Virus record (IMG/VR): IMGVR_UViG_3300020049_013266
Location: 10,815-74,814 of that record
Source: a virus
Taxonomy: Duplodnaviria > Heunggongvirae > Uroviricota > Caudoviricetes
Direction: 5' to 3' (one strand)
Length of the DNA: 64,000 nucleotides
Under the pieces are notes generated by a model that saw nothing but the letters and a program-made list of their open reading frames with translations, made no database searches and was not told the origin of the DNA. Below are positions 46,971 to 56,448 of this stretch, in pieces (positions within the stretch are counted from its first letter, which is position 1; the number at the start of each line of letters is the position of its first letter). A program made the position numbers and the translations under genes.

Positions 46971-47159
46971 AATGATTTAATTTAAAATTGCTGTTAATAT
47001 CCCAACTATAGAAAAGAACGCCCAAATTAAAGGAATCATTCTTTGTACTTCGCTCTGACTTCTTGGCTTGGTTCTCATGATTTTAATCTTCAAAATAATT
47101 ACGGATAATTAATATAATTACAAAGCATGCAATAAAGCCAAATATAAAATTTATCATAT

Positions 47160-47447
47160 TTATAAGTTTTTAAGTAAAATGTCATTTATTTCTTTTGGAG
47201 ATAATCCAAATAAAGGAATGCTAATTGATTTGCCATTTTTTCCATCTTCATAGGCTCTTATCTCTATCACAGTTCTATTTCCAGACAAAAAAGGCTTTAT
47301 CTTTGTATTTTCTAAAGTCTTAATTACCCATTCTTTGACCTTCTCTTGTGTAGTATCACAAAGGGTTATAAATTCTGTTTCTTCTCCAATTTTTTTAACA
47401 TTTATTCTAATTAAAAAGGGTGTTTTAGGTTGTGTGTATAATTTCAT
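47160..47447 (-). CDS. hypothetical protein
   Basis: 95-aa ORF. Confidence 0.4.
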   Translation of the reverse strand: MKLYTQPKTPFLIRINVKKIGEETEFITLCDTTQEKVKEWVIKTLENTKIKPFLSGNRTVIEIRAYEDGKNGKSISIPLFGLSPKEINDILLKNL

Positions 47448-47583
47448 AATTTTTAATTTTGTTGAATTTGTAAATCAATTTTACCTAAATAGGATATTAA
47501 ACTCGAAGCACTCAAAAAATGTGTTTCGTACAATCCGAAATTAAGAGTATAAAACCCTTTGTTAAATGTTAGTTTCATGGTTT

Positions 47584-47817
47584 TTAAAGTTGAGGTTCGC
47601 CAAATATCAATTTTTCAACATCTGCATTAGTGTAGCAGTCTACATTTTCCGGCAATTGCTTTGCTCGGTTGAGTATTTCTTTTTCGGGGCTTATCCTTCC
47701 TAAATTATAACAAACAAGGCATCCGAATGCCCCTAAAAAGACAACACATATAAACATTGCTGCCTGTATTTTAAGAGATCTTTTAAGATCTTCTAATTGT
47801 GTGTGTAAATTTTTCAT
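47584..47817 (-). CDS. small membrane protein
   Basis: 77 aa with one transmembrane helix (AAMFICVVFLGAFGCLVCYNL). Confidence 0.4.
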   Translation of the reverse strand: MKNLHTQLEDLKRSLKIQAAMFICVVFLGAFGCLVCYNLGRISPEKEILNRAKQLPENVDCYTNADVEKLIFGEPQL

Positions 47818-47930
47818 ATTGATATTTTTTTTAAGATTAATTTTTTAGTTAATTATTCCCCACCGAAGCAGGGAGTTAGGTATGTACCTACGGCTTATAG
47901 CCTTATTACGAAAAGAATTTCAATCCGCAA

Positions 47931-48161
47931 CTACTCATTAAAATTATTCATTTTTGCTATTAAATAGTATCTTTGCATACTTCCAGACCAAATAAAAATA
48001 CCTCCTAATTCTTCATCGTATCTAATCCCGAAAGTTGAAATTATATTTTTAGGAGTTTCCTGGATTTGAACAAAATTAGATTTTTGGCTTAATTGCTCAT
48101 AAGTTTCTAAAGAAATCAATTTTGTACGTTGCTCTAATTGATAGGTTGTTAAATGCGCCAT
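47931..48161 (-). CDS. hypothetical protein
   Basis: 76-aa ORF. Confidence 0.4.
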   Translation of the reverse strand: MAHLTTYQLEQRTKLISLETYEQLSQKSNFVQIQETPKNIISTFGIRYDEELGGIFIWSGSMQRYYLIAKMNNFNE

Positions 48162-48264
48162 GATAAGAAATAGCTGTTTTATCCTGTTGCTTCTTCAGTT
48201 TTGTGTTACCGCCCCCGAAGGGACACGCTTTGAGCCTAAAACCTTTTTATTGTCGCTCAAACGA

Positions 48265-48942
48265 CTATTTTATTCTTGAAACGTTGTAAATATCAAACAT
48301 TTTTCCACCTGCAACACTTTGCCATTTTAAACCAATAGCCTTAAATATTGAAGGATAACAACTAACACCAACTCCACCTTCGAAATAAGGTAAAACGCCA
48401 TACCCTGAACCATACCCAAAAATATCTCTATTTGATTTGTTTTTGTTTGCAGATTTATAAAGATTTGCTTTTAATACATCACTTTGGTTTAAAGCCTCAG
48501 CTATTGCAGTGCTTAATTTATCATAACCACAACCAGAAACATAACGACTTTTAAAATACTCACAATCGGTATTGCCTTTAGCATCTTTAAAAGAAACCCA
48601 TACTTCAGCAGTAGGATTTAATCCCCACATTTTAGACTTTGCCCACTCAACCGTTATTTTGATTTCAGTTATTTTAAATAACTTATTTTCAACACTTTTA
48701 ACTTCTTTTATCTTTTCAGAAAGTCTCAAGGCACTTTTTTCTTTTATTTTAGAAACAAGAACTTTTTTAAATTTACTAAAAGTCATTTCTTCAATTCCTT
48801 TAATCTCTTTTTTAGAAAATAAACCTCTATAGTAAGCATAATCCAAAAATGATTTTACATCTTTTTTTTCTTCATTAAAAGACAAGCTTTTTTTAAGTTC
48901 TACTTTTGATTCTCTATTTAATTTTGCTATAAGTGTTTTCAT
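48265..48942 (-). CDS. hypothetical protein (225 aa)
   Basis: Longest ORF in the small-gene region; Gly-rich C-terminal half. Confidence 0.5.
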   Translation of the reverse strand: MKTLIAKLNRESKVELKKSLSFNEEKKDVKSFLDYAYYRGLFSKKEIKGIEEMTFSKFKKVLVSKIKEKSALRLSEKIKEVKSVENKLFKITEIKITVEWAKSKMWGLNPTAEVWVSFKDAKGNTDCEYFKSRYVSGCGYDKLSTAIAEALNQSDVLKANLYKSANKNKSNRDIFGYGSGYGVLPYFEGGVGVSCYPSIFKAIGLKWQSVAGGKMFDIYNVSRIK

Positions 48943-48975
48943 GATGTTGTATTTTAAAGGTTGATGTTTGTTTGA

Positions 48976-49203
48976 TTATTTTTTAATTTGTTCAAATTTT
49001 GTAATATCCAGATTTAAATATTCAGCGTGGTACTTTATCTCAAATGGCCCGCAATACTCAATAATATCGTCTTTAATCAGCGTTATTTGGTTGAATTGAT
49101 TAAAAGAATCAATATAGTAGGAAATAACTATTTCGGTAAACTCACAGGGAACATCTTTTCTAAGGTCGATAAATCCGTTGCCTATCTTTTTATTTGCACT
49201 CAT
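48976..49203 (-). CDS. hypothetical protein
   Basis: 75-aa ORF. Confidence 0.4.
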   Translation of the reverse strand: MSANKKIGNGFIDLRKDVPCEFTEIVISYYIDSFNQFNQITLIKDDIIEYCGPFEIKYHAEYLNLDITKFEQIKK

Positions 49204-49435
49204 GACATTTGATTTTAAGTAAGATTTTAATTATTTTACCCGAACAATAATTTGTATTGTTTATTGGTACATTCCGAAAGAACAACGTTAACGCTTTCAA
49301 CATCTTCCAATTCAAGTATTTTAGCAATCAAATTAGATTCGCTTAATTTTAAAGGATTTGGATATTGAAAACCATCTTCTTTCGTTACTGTGACAAATAA
49401 ATATTTTTTCATGATGCTAATTATTTAAGTTAATG

Positions 49436-49678
49436 TTAATTTTTAGTGTGACTATTTATTTCGTAATATATAATACAAACCTCATTATCTCCCTTTTCGT
49501 AATCATCCCAACAACCACAAGTACAACTATAATCATCTTCCCAACTTACTAGTTTATTGTTTTGATCTTTAAAAACGTGATTATCATTATGTCCACACTC
49601 TTTAATACACCCGTTTTCATCTTTATGACCTGACAAATAATTAGGTGCTAAAATTCTGCAAATGCTTTTCTCTTTCAT
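49436..49678 (-). CDS. Cys-rich small protein
   Basis: 80 aa with C...C.H...H...C.CGC pattern. Confidence 0.4.
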   Translation of the reverse strand: MKEKSICRILAPNYLSGHKDENGCIKECGHNDNHVFKDQNNKLVSWEDDYSCTCGCWDDYEKGDNEVCIIYYEINSHTKN

Positions 49679-50010
49679 AATATCAAACCTTGGTTAAATC
49701 ATTAAATACTACAATTGCCTGACGCAACGAGAAATGTTCGCCAATGCAATCAAAACCGTTTTCCAGAATAACATATCTGTTTTTGTCCGTGTCCGCATAA
49801 TGATACGGGGCAATCTCAAAATCACCTATTTTCTTGCTGTAAATTTTCATGATAATAAGTATTAGTATTAATGTTTAGGCAGTTTGTCCGCTTCGCTTTT
49901 TGCATCGTCCCAATACTTAAAACTTTTTTGTATTAGTAATTTTCCCGTTGTTTTATCCTGAACGTAAAAATAACCGCTATGGCTTACAATTTTGTACATA
50001 ATAATATGAT

Positions 50011-50292
50011 TTAATGATTAATATAATTTGGGTTGTCGGTCGGTATTGCAAAACCGTTGTTACTATCAACGATTTTCATTGCTTCATGTTCGGATATATT
50101 ACCCTCTTTTCTCCAACGTGTTGAACTCATAGAATAATCTGAATTTGCGCCAAAAGAATAAACAATACTTGTAAAATCTCCAACGCCTACAGACACATAT
50201 CCATTTCTAAATGATTTGCGGTAACATTTGTATTTTAAATCTTTGTTACCATCCCAATCAATTAAAGTCCAGTTTTTATACGTGGTTTTCAT
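50011..50292 (-). CDS. hypothetical protein
   Basis: 93-aa ORF. Confidence 0.4.
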   Translation of the reverse strand: MKTTYKNWTLIDWDGNKDLKYKCYRKSFRNGYVSVGVGDFTSIVYSFGANSDYSMSSTRWRKEGNISEHEAMKIVDSNNGFAIPTDNPNYINH

Positions 50293-50311
50293 AATAAGTA
50301 TATTTAAAAGA

Positions 50312-50560
50312 TTAGTTTAATGTATTGTTGTTAAATGCTTCATAACATATACTTCTAATAGTAGAATCTAACATTGTTTTAGAATAGTATATTTTATTTG
50401 TTTCAAGTAATGCGTAAAGAGTTTTGATGTCCGCATTTTCAATTAATAATTCAAAAGTATTTTTCATGATGATAGTATTAAAATTAGTTCCTCGATTCCG
50501 TTTCAAACGTAGCCTTATAGACAAATCGAGGATTGTTCTTTTACTGCATTTCGCCAACAT
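50312..50560 (-). CDS. hypothetical protein (first gene of the long minus-strand block)
   Basis: 82-aa ORF facing the large noncoding region. Confidence 0.4.
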   Translation of the reverse strand: MLAKCSKRTILDLSIRLRLKRNRGTNFNTIIMKNTFELLIENADIKTLYALLETNKIYYSKTMLDSTIRSICYEAFNNNTLN

Positions 50561-51953
50561 AAAAGAGTATTATATAAATAAAGTCTCTAATAAATAGAGT
50601 AAATATAATCTATGTATTAAGCGTGTACCTTTGTTCGCACCCTGCAATCACTGTCTAAATAAATAGTAGCTTTATATGATACTTGTAACACCGCTTTTCA
50701 ATATGTCAAATAACTTGTAATGATAAACATGTAAGAGTTAAATACTGTTATTGTCTCTCTAACACATGGCAATATTACGTCATTAATTTGTTACCTGCAA
50801 CAAATTATATAATTATTTTTAACATTTATTCGATGTTAAACGTTTGTTGTCGGCTACGAAATACAAAACCTCAGCAAATACAAGGGTTTGAAGCAAATCA
50901 TTAAAAAGGCCTAAAACGACAAATAAACAATAGCAAAGTATCACATAACACAAAATAGGTTTATAATTATCCTATAAGGCCACAATTAAAACAATCCTCA
51001 CGCATAGAATAACACCAAACAAAAACATCCTGAAACACCACAATAAAACATCTACATAACAACAAAGCAAATACACTTAATATAAGACCATAAAACCAAA
51101 ACCACGTACAAAACCATCATATAGGAAAAACAAGCCAAATACCGCTCACAAAAACACCTTAAACACATCTTATTAATATACTCTATATACAGAGAGACAA
51201 ACACACGCTATTTTATAACGATTCCATAACCTAAAGTTATAGTAACCATAATCACAGGCTATAGGACAGCTTACAGTCTCTACCAACGTAGTAATAGCAA
51301 GGGTTTACGCCAAATGAGAATCGTATTTAGTTGCTGATTCTGTACATTGGTTTACAAAGTCGGAGTAATCGAGAACGCTAAACGCATAAAGCATTGTATT
51401 ATAAGGGTTTAATATTGGTTTATGCTAATCATACTAAGATTAACTATTTAATGAATAGGATAGGTTTAAGCCTGATTTGTAGATTGGTTTGTGATGTGAA
51501 CCCAACCACAGCAAGGCAAGCCGATTTGAAACGAATTAGAAAAGCAAAACCAAAAATAGACCCCGCCCCTGTTTTAAATTACGTTTTCGGATACGCAAAC
51601 CAGGGCGTCAGATGAGAGGTAGCCTCAACCCTCTACCTTACTCTACAGTTTACAAAGCCCCGTAGATACTCAGGTTGGGCGAAGATTGGCTGCGGTCGCT
51701 TGTAGGTCCTACGTAGCGTATCGCTGTCGATTATGGTTCCGGATGACGCTTAGTACGCCTGAGGGAGTTTTGATAGCTTAAACAGCTTTGTTTTGATCCG
51801 GCTGTTGAAGAATGCTGATACGCTGCAAAGCCCAGTAAATAGGCTTTGGTCAATACGTAAACAGTGAGGAGACAAAAAAAGGTACTCCGTGATAGTGTTT
51901 TATTGAATAATATATTGTACGTTTGTCAAATATTAATCTAATTAAATCGAAAA
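50561..51953. other. 1.4-kb noncoding regulatory hub / possible origin region
   Basis: No credible ORF. Contains the operator-like motif GGCAATATTACGTCA (50768-50782) and the palindrome AATTTGTT-N6-AACAAATT (50785-50806). It also holds the element TAAACGTTTGTTGTCG in reverse orientation (50837-50852). An A+C-rich, G/T-poor tract runs about 50990-51175, and a GC-rich (about 50%) structured segment about 51590-51880. A TAcgTTTG -7 box lies at 51918-51925, ahead of the plus-strand block. Confidence 0.6.
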
Positions 51954-52439
51954 ATGGGTAAAAAGGTGATTCTGCATTTATGCGCTGATCTGGGAAGCGA
52001 TAGTTTGTTTTATCAATTATCAGACGATTACGAAGTAATAATGATTGGTGAGGAGATTGGAGTTGAGAACTATAATCCTCCGGCAAACGTTCACGGGATT
52101 ATTGCCAATCCGGTTTGTACTGAGTTATCTACTGCTAATGGATTTCATAAAGAAAATGATTTAAAGAAAGGGATGTTTCTGGTTGATCACTGTTTCAGGA
52201 TTATAGAAGTTGCAAAACCTGTTTGGTGGGCTATGGAAAATCCTGCTAATGGCAGATTGAAGGAATTGATCTATACACGTCCCGGGAGGCCTAAACCGGC
52301 TCTGGCTTTTCTTCATAAAAGTGCTGTGAATTTGATACCGGAATTTCAATGGGCGAAGGACATGATAAAATGCGATGCTGATATTCGTTCAATGTGTTCT
52401 CAGGGTTTTGCAAAAGCTTTTTTTGAATCTAATGAATAG
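51954..52439 (+). CDS. divergent C5-methyltransferase-like protein (paralog 2, possibly degenerate)
   Basis: 161 aa; IANPVCTELSTANG (PC motif IV-like), ENPANG (motif VI-like), C-terminal GFAKAFF (motif X-like); the motif I Gly-loop is degenerate (HLCADLGS). Confidence 0.45.
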   Translation: MGKKVILHLCADLGSDSLFYQLSDDYEVIMIGEEIGVENYNPPANVHGIIANPVCTELSTANGFHKENDLKKGMFLVDHCFRIIEVAKPVWWAMENPANGRLKELIYTRPGRPKPALAFLHKSAVNLIPEFQWAKDMIKCDADIRSMCSQGFAKAFFESNE

Positions 52440-52685
52440 CATCCCTATAGTAGGTTTGCAGATATAAACTTAAATAATCAACAAAAATGAAAACAGAAGA
52501 ACAACTACAAAACGACCAGCACTATTTTGATTTAGGAAAACGGTATCAAAAAAACAAGGATAAGAACAGAGTCAATTTTTCACATTGCTTATTGTTTTTC
52601 CTTCTTGGCGGGTCGTTGGCGATATGTTTGAGAAATGCAGGATTAATCTAACACGCACTGGATGGCGTTTATTAAATAAAAAAAT

Positions 52686-52919
52686 ATGAAAGCACAAGAA
52701 GCAAGACAAATAGCGGAAGAAACAAAGTCTGCAGGAGATAGCGTTGCTATTAAAGAAATACAAGAGTATATTAAAGTTGAAGCCATAAAAGGAAATCTTT
52801 CGATTAATTGTTACATCCCTATAAATAATGAGATTAAAATTCATTTTGAAAATTTAGGATATACTGTTCATTTAGTTAATAGTGGACCAAACGAACAATG
52901 CTATAAAATTAGCTGGTAA
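52686..52919 (+). CDS. hypothetical protein
   Basis: 77-aa ORF between the two MTase-like genes. Confidence 0.4.
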   Translation: MKAQEARQIAEETKSAGDSVAIKEIQEYIKVEAIKGNLSINCYIPINNEIKIHFENLGYTVHLVNSGPNEQCYKISW

Positions 52920-52934
52920 TATTAAATAAAAGCT

Positions 52935-53585
52935 ATGGAAAAACTAATATTAATTGGTTGCGAGGAAAGCGGAACCGTTCGTGATGCTTTTTCTAAAATG
53001 GGACACGAAGCTGCAAGTTTGGATTTATTGCCGACTCTTTCTCCAGGAACACACATTCAAGAAGATATTATCGAATATTTGGAATCTATGCCGGACAATC
53101 ATTTCGATTTAATTGGCCTTCATCCAGAGTGTACGAAATTGTGTGTTTCCGGAAATCATGTTTATGCTGCCGGAAAGCCAAAACATCAAATGAGGCTCGA
53201 TCAGGTAAAATGGGTTGAGAAACTCTGGGATTTAATGAAGCGAAAAGGAAAAAGCGGTTATTTGGAAAATCCGGTTGGTGTTCTCCCAAGCCTTTCGAAT
53301 TTACCGAAACCTCAATATATTCAGCCTTTCGAATTTGGCGAGGATGCAAGCAAGAAAACAGCACTTTTTCTGCATAATTTGCCAAAACTCGTCTCTTCAA
53401 ATAGATTTCAGGGGCGAATTGTTGAATTCCCGAAAGGAAGCGGAAAAATGGTCGAGCGCTGGAGTAACCAAACAGATTCCGGACAAAATAAATTAGGTCC
53501 ATCAGAAGACCGATGGAAAGTCCGCTCGAAGACCTATGATGGAATTGCAAATGCTTTTGCTGATCAGTGGCTAAACAATAATTAA
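52935..53585 (+). CDS. TRD-less C5-cytosine methyltransferase-like protein (paralog 3)
   Basis: 216 aa, collinear with the 30120..30821 protein: LIGCEESGTV (I), GHEAASLDL (II), GLHPECTKLCVSG (IV), LENPVGVL (VI), FEFGEDASKKTALFL (VIII-like), YDGIANAFADQW (X-like). Confidence 0.6.
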   Translation: MEKLILIGCEESGTVRDAFSKMGHEAASLDLLPTLSPGTHIQEDIIEYLESMPDNHFDLIGLHPECTKLCVSGNHVYAAGKPKHQMRLDQVKWVEKLWDLMKRKGKSGYLENPVGVLPSLSNLPKPQYIQPFEFGEDASKKTALFLHNLPKLVSSNRFQGRIVEFPKGSGKMVERWSNQTDSGQNKLGPSEDRWKVRSKTYDGIANAFADQWLNNN

Positions 53586-53594
53586 AAAAATAAA

Positions 53595-53855
53595 ATGGAA
53601 AACAAACATAAGATACACTACCATGAATGGAAAGCTTTTAAAAAGTATTTCGGACTCCATAATGCTTCAATCGGGGCCATTTTAGGAATAAATCCTAGAT
53701 CCGTTCAAAATAGTACAGCCCCATCATATCAAGGGTCTTTTCCTATATGGGCAAAACTGGCTATTTGGGTGTGGAAAAAATCGCTGGAGAAGGAAGTCCT
53801 GGCAAAAGCAGAGCTTATCAGAGAAATTAATGAGTTAAAGAAAAAAACATCATGA
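53595..53855 (+). CDS. hypothetical protein (possible HTH)
   Basis: 86 aa; the segment ASIGAILGINPRSVQN looks like a helix-turn-helix. Confidence 0.4.
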   Translation: MENKHKIHYHEWKAFKKYFGLHNASIGAILGINPRSVQNSTAPSYQGSFPIWAKLAIWVWKKSLEKEVLAKAELIREINELKKKTS

Positions 53856-54394
53856 ACCAAGTAAAAGATTTTTTAGAATATATTTTCAATGCTTTTAAAA
53901 TTTTCATAATAGTTCAGCCTTGGCAAAATGCATTAATTGTTAGGAACGGAAAAATTAAAAAAGAAGTATCTGGAGGAATTTATTTTAAATTACCGTATTT
54001 CGATAGTGTATTTGTTCAGGAAAATAGATTAAGAGTTGTGATGTTCTCGATTCAGACAGTAACAACAAAAGATGGACACGCCATAACAGTATCTACTTCT
54101 TTGGGATATTCAATAAAATCTATACAAAAATTGTACAAAACCCTATATCATCCTGAAACAACGCTTGGAAATATAGCAATGGGTTTTTTAGCAGATTACA
54201 TATACAAAAATGAGCTAAATACTATATCTCCTCTTGGTATAGAAACACTAATTCTTAATGAATTGAAAAAAGAAGATTACGGATTAGATTTTAAATATGT
54301 TAAAATAACAAACTTCGCAGCGGTTAGAACAATTCGATTGATACAGGATCAGAGCTGGGGATTTGAAGGGCTTTCAATGAATGATAAAAAATAA
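53852..54394 (+). CDS. second SPFH/band-7 domain protein (short, single N-terminal transmembrane helix)
   Basis: QPWQNALIVRNGKIKKEVSGGIYFKLPYFDSVFVQENRLRVVMFSIQTVTTKDGHAITVSTSLGYSI follows the SPFH core pattern (..NG......G..F..P....V......Q.V.TKD......V.Y.I). Confidence 0.5.
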   Translation: MNQVKDFLEYIFNAFKIFIIVQPWQNALIVRNGKIKKEVSGGIYFKLPYFDSVFVQENRLRVVMFSIQTVTTKDGHAITVSTSLGYSIKSIQKLYKTLYHPETTLGNIAMGFLADYIYKNELNTISPLGIETLILNELKKEDYGLDFKYVKITNFAAVRTIRLIQDQSWGFEGLSMNDKK

Positions 54395-54423
54395 TTGATG
54401 TTTTTCTTGTGAAATCAAAATAT

Positions 54424-54439
54424 ATGACGTAATATTGTC
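54424..54439 (-). promoter_or_regulatory. operator-like motif TGACGTAATATTGTCA (reverse complement of the 7645 site)
   Basis: Third copy of the 16-bp site. Confidence 0.45.
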
Positions 54440-54471
54440 ACATCAAAATGATTTTTGGGGAATCGTTTTGG

Positions 54472-54557
54472 TTAAGTGTTGGCTGAGTGGTTGAAAGCAA
54501 CGGGCGACCATACCCGTGGGAGGTAATTACCCCGAAGGTTCGAATCCTTCACACTTA
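54472..54557 (+). tRNA. tRNA-like gene (type II, Ser-like body) with non-canonical anticodon loop CGACCAU
   Basis: Acceptor UAAGUGU/ACACUUA, D-arm GCU-GAGUGGUUGAA-AGC (Ser-like), anticodon stem ACGGG/CCCGU with a loop lacking U33, long variable arm, T-arm GAAGG-UUCGAAU-CCUUC; no encoded CCA. Confidence 0.45.
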
Positions 54558-54737
54558 TCTTAGCAAGGTATAAACATTAAGGAAAATTCGTCACAGGTTT
54601 ATATTAAGTTGCAGACGGACCTACATGCTACAGGTTAAAAAGGCTTACTCATAAAGTCTAGCAAGCACAAACTAACGAGGAAAGCCGGATGCGATAACAT
54701 CAATTCCGGTTTAATTTAACCAAAAACCAAAATAACC

Positions 54738-54947
54738 ATGAGTAAAAAAGCGTATTACAAGTGTGAAGGATGCGAATTGACTTTCTCGTCTGAATTGTTA
54801 CAAATGAACGACGAACTTGAATTGACTTGTGAGGAATGTCTTGAAGAGGCGAAACGCAATAGGCAATCGTACAAATTTCTTATTCTTGGATGCGCTTTTA
54901 TGGCTTCTGGAATTATTTTCTTAATAATAAAATTCTGCTCACGATGA
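54738..54947 (+). CDS. small zinc-ribbon plus transmembrane protein
   Basis: CEGC...CEEC pairs, then a C-terminal hydrophobic helix. Confidence 0.4.
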   Translation: MSKKAYYKCEGCELTFSSELLQMNDELELTCEECLEEAKRNRQSYKFLILGCAFMASGIIFLIIKFCSR

Positions 54948-55093
54948 AAAACTATAAAGAGTTCGCTTATGGAGCCGGAATACTTATTCTTCATATTTTG
55001 TTCGGAATCGTATCGCATCAAATTGTGATATTTTCTATTTCAGGTTTTATTCTGGCAGTTTTAACCACTTATGTACTTTGTAAATTAAAATAA
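54946..55093 (+). CDS. small two-helix membrane protein (49 aa)
   Basis: ATGA-coupled start at 54946 (MKNYKEF...); the listed ORF 54890..55093 overlaps the previous gene and is probably over-extended. Confidence 0.35.
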
Positions 55094-55095
55094 AA

Positions 55096-55467
55096 ATGGA
55101 AATAGTAGGGAAAATTAAACGCATAGGTCCAGATCAACAAGTATCTGCCTCGTTTACCAAAAGAGAATTGGTTATTACCACCGACGAGCAATATCCGCAA
55201 CACATTTTGACTGAATTCACACAAGATAAATGTGATTTGCTTGACCCATATAAAATTGGCGAATCAGTAAAGGTTTATATAAATTTACGGGGGAGAGAAT
55301 GGGTTAATCCACAAGGCGAGACAAGATATTTTAACTCGATTCAAGGCTGGAGGATAGAAAGATTACAAGTACAAGGGCCGGTATCACCATCTCCGGAAGC
55401 GAGCACCCAAAATTTTAATCCGGAAACAAATACAAACGAAGACGAGCCGGACGATCTTCCGTTTTAA
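55096..55467 (+). CDS. DUF3127-family protein
   Basis: MEIVGKIKRIGPDQQVSASFTKRELVITTDEQYPQHILTEF...VKVYINLRGREW...RYFNSIQGWRIE matches the Bacteroidetes DUF3127 pattern. Confidence 0.55.
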   Translation: MEIVGKIKRIGPDQQVSASFTKRELVITTDEQYPQHILTEFTQDKCDLLDPYKIGESVKVYINLRGREWVNPQGETRYFNSIQGWRIERLQVQGPVSPSPEASTQNFNPETNTNEDEPDDLPF

Positions 55468-55478
55468 TTAAAAAAAAT

Positions 55479-55679
55479 ATGGACACAAAAAAACTAATAA
55501 GTTTTAGACATGTTTCAGAGGTATTGACAGGAAATAAAGAAACTATTAGAGGAGACAGACCGAATGTAAGATATTCTGGTCCTTTGAACGAACTATTTGA
55601 TTTTTTGGAGGATTGGTCTTCCAGGAACTCAAAATCCAAAGAAGTAAATATTACTGTAAAAACCAAAAAATCTCAATAG
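55479..55679 (+). CDS. hypothetical protein
   Basis: 66-aa ORF. Confidence 0.4.
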   Translation: MDTKKLISFRHVSEVLTGNKETIRGDRPNVRYSGPLNELFDFLEDWSSRNSKSKEVNITVKTKKSQ

Positions 55680-55687
55680 CAAAGTCT

Positions 55688-55897
55688 ATGGGTAGAAATA
55701 AGTCTAAACAAGTATTAAGACAGGAATCTAAGGACCGGAAGATTACAATCGAGTATTGTAGGCAGTTTTCCGTTTTAGAAATAGTTTCTGTTCTCCGGAA
55801 CCACAATGAAAGCAACTTGTGGACCAAGACTAAATTCGAATGGACTCTGAAAGATTGGGAAGACTATTTTTCTCTAAAAAAATTAAATCAAATATAA
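55688..55897 (+). CDS. hypothetical protein (start moved to the internal MGRNKSK ATG)
   Basis: The listed ORF 55613..55897 overlaps the previous gene by 67 nt; the internal ATG at 55688 avoids the overlap. Confidence 0.35.
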   Translation: MGRNKSKQVLRQESKDRKITIEYCRQFSVLEIVSVLRNHNESNLWTKTKFEWTLKDWEDYFSLKKLNQI

Positions 55898-56446
55898 ATG
55901 AACAACAGCCCTAAAATATACTTTATAAAAAACATCGATGGTAAATTTTACAATGCCAGAGAAGATGAATGGTATTCTAATTTTATTCATGCCAATTACG
56001 AACGAGATATTAAAGTAATAAAATCATATCTGGGATTGGCTAAATTTTCTGACTGCGAAATGCACACCATTACAGAGAATGATTTCCAAGAGGCTTTGGC
56101 CGGAAAAACTACAAATGTAGTATTGTGTGGATCGTATTTTGCTGAACAATTAAAAGAGTTAATGTTTAAGCTTCCGACAATCTCCCAAGTAAATAAAACC
56201 ATGTATTTGAAGTGTAAAAATGCATTAGAAGCATTGGAGCCTTTTACAAAAATGCACATGTCGTTTATAGAAAGAAAGGAAAATGATACTGATGAAGTTC
56301 GCGGACACTACGAAGAATACATCCATGAGGTTGGGAAAATTGAAATGTACCAAACCGGAGAGGTCGCATCAATACTAAAAGCCTATCACTTAGACAGAAG
56401 CTCTATGCTTGGCATCGCGAGTAAGGTAATTAAACACAGTAAGTAA
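55898..56446 (+). CDS. hypothetical protein
   Basis: 182-aa ORF; adjacent genes are spaced 0-3 nt. Confidence 0.45.
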   Translation: MNNSPKIYFIKNIDGKFYNAREDEWYSNFIHANYERDIKVIKSYLGLAKFSDCEMHTITENDFQEALAGKTTNVVLCGSYFAEQLKELMFKLPTISQVNKTMYLKCKNALEALEPFTKMHMSFIERKENDTDEVRGHYEEYIHEVGKIEMYQTGEVASILKAYHLDRSSMLGIASKVIKHSK

Positions 56447-56448
56447 TC

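Noticed and set aside
51394-51615. 73-aa plus-strand ORF in the large noncoding hub
   Set aside because: It sits in the GC-rich structured segment with no promoter context and no neighbours, and its composition is atypical of this genome's genes. It is treated as noncoding.
54685-54715. Hairpin CCGGA...TCCGG followed by TTTAATTT as a terminator
   Set aside because: The stem is only 5 bp with a 15-nt loop and a weak U-tract, so it is too weak to call a terminator on sequence alone.
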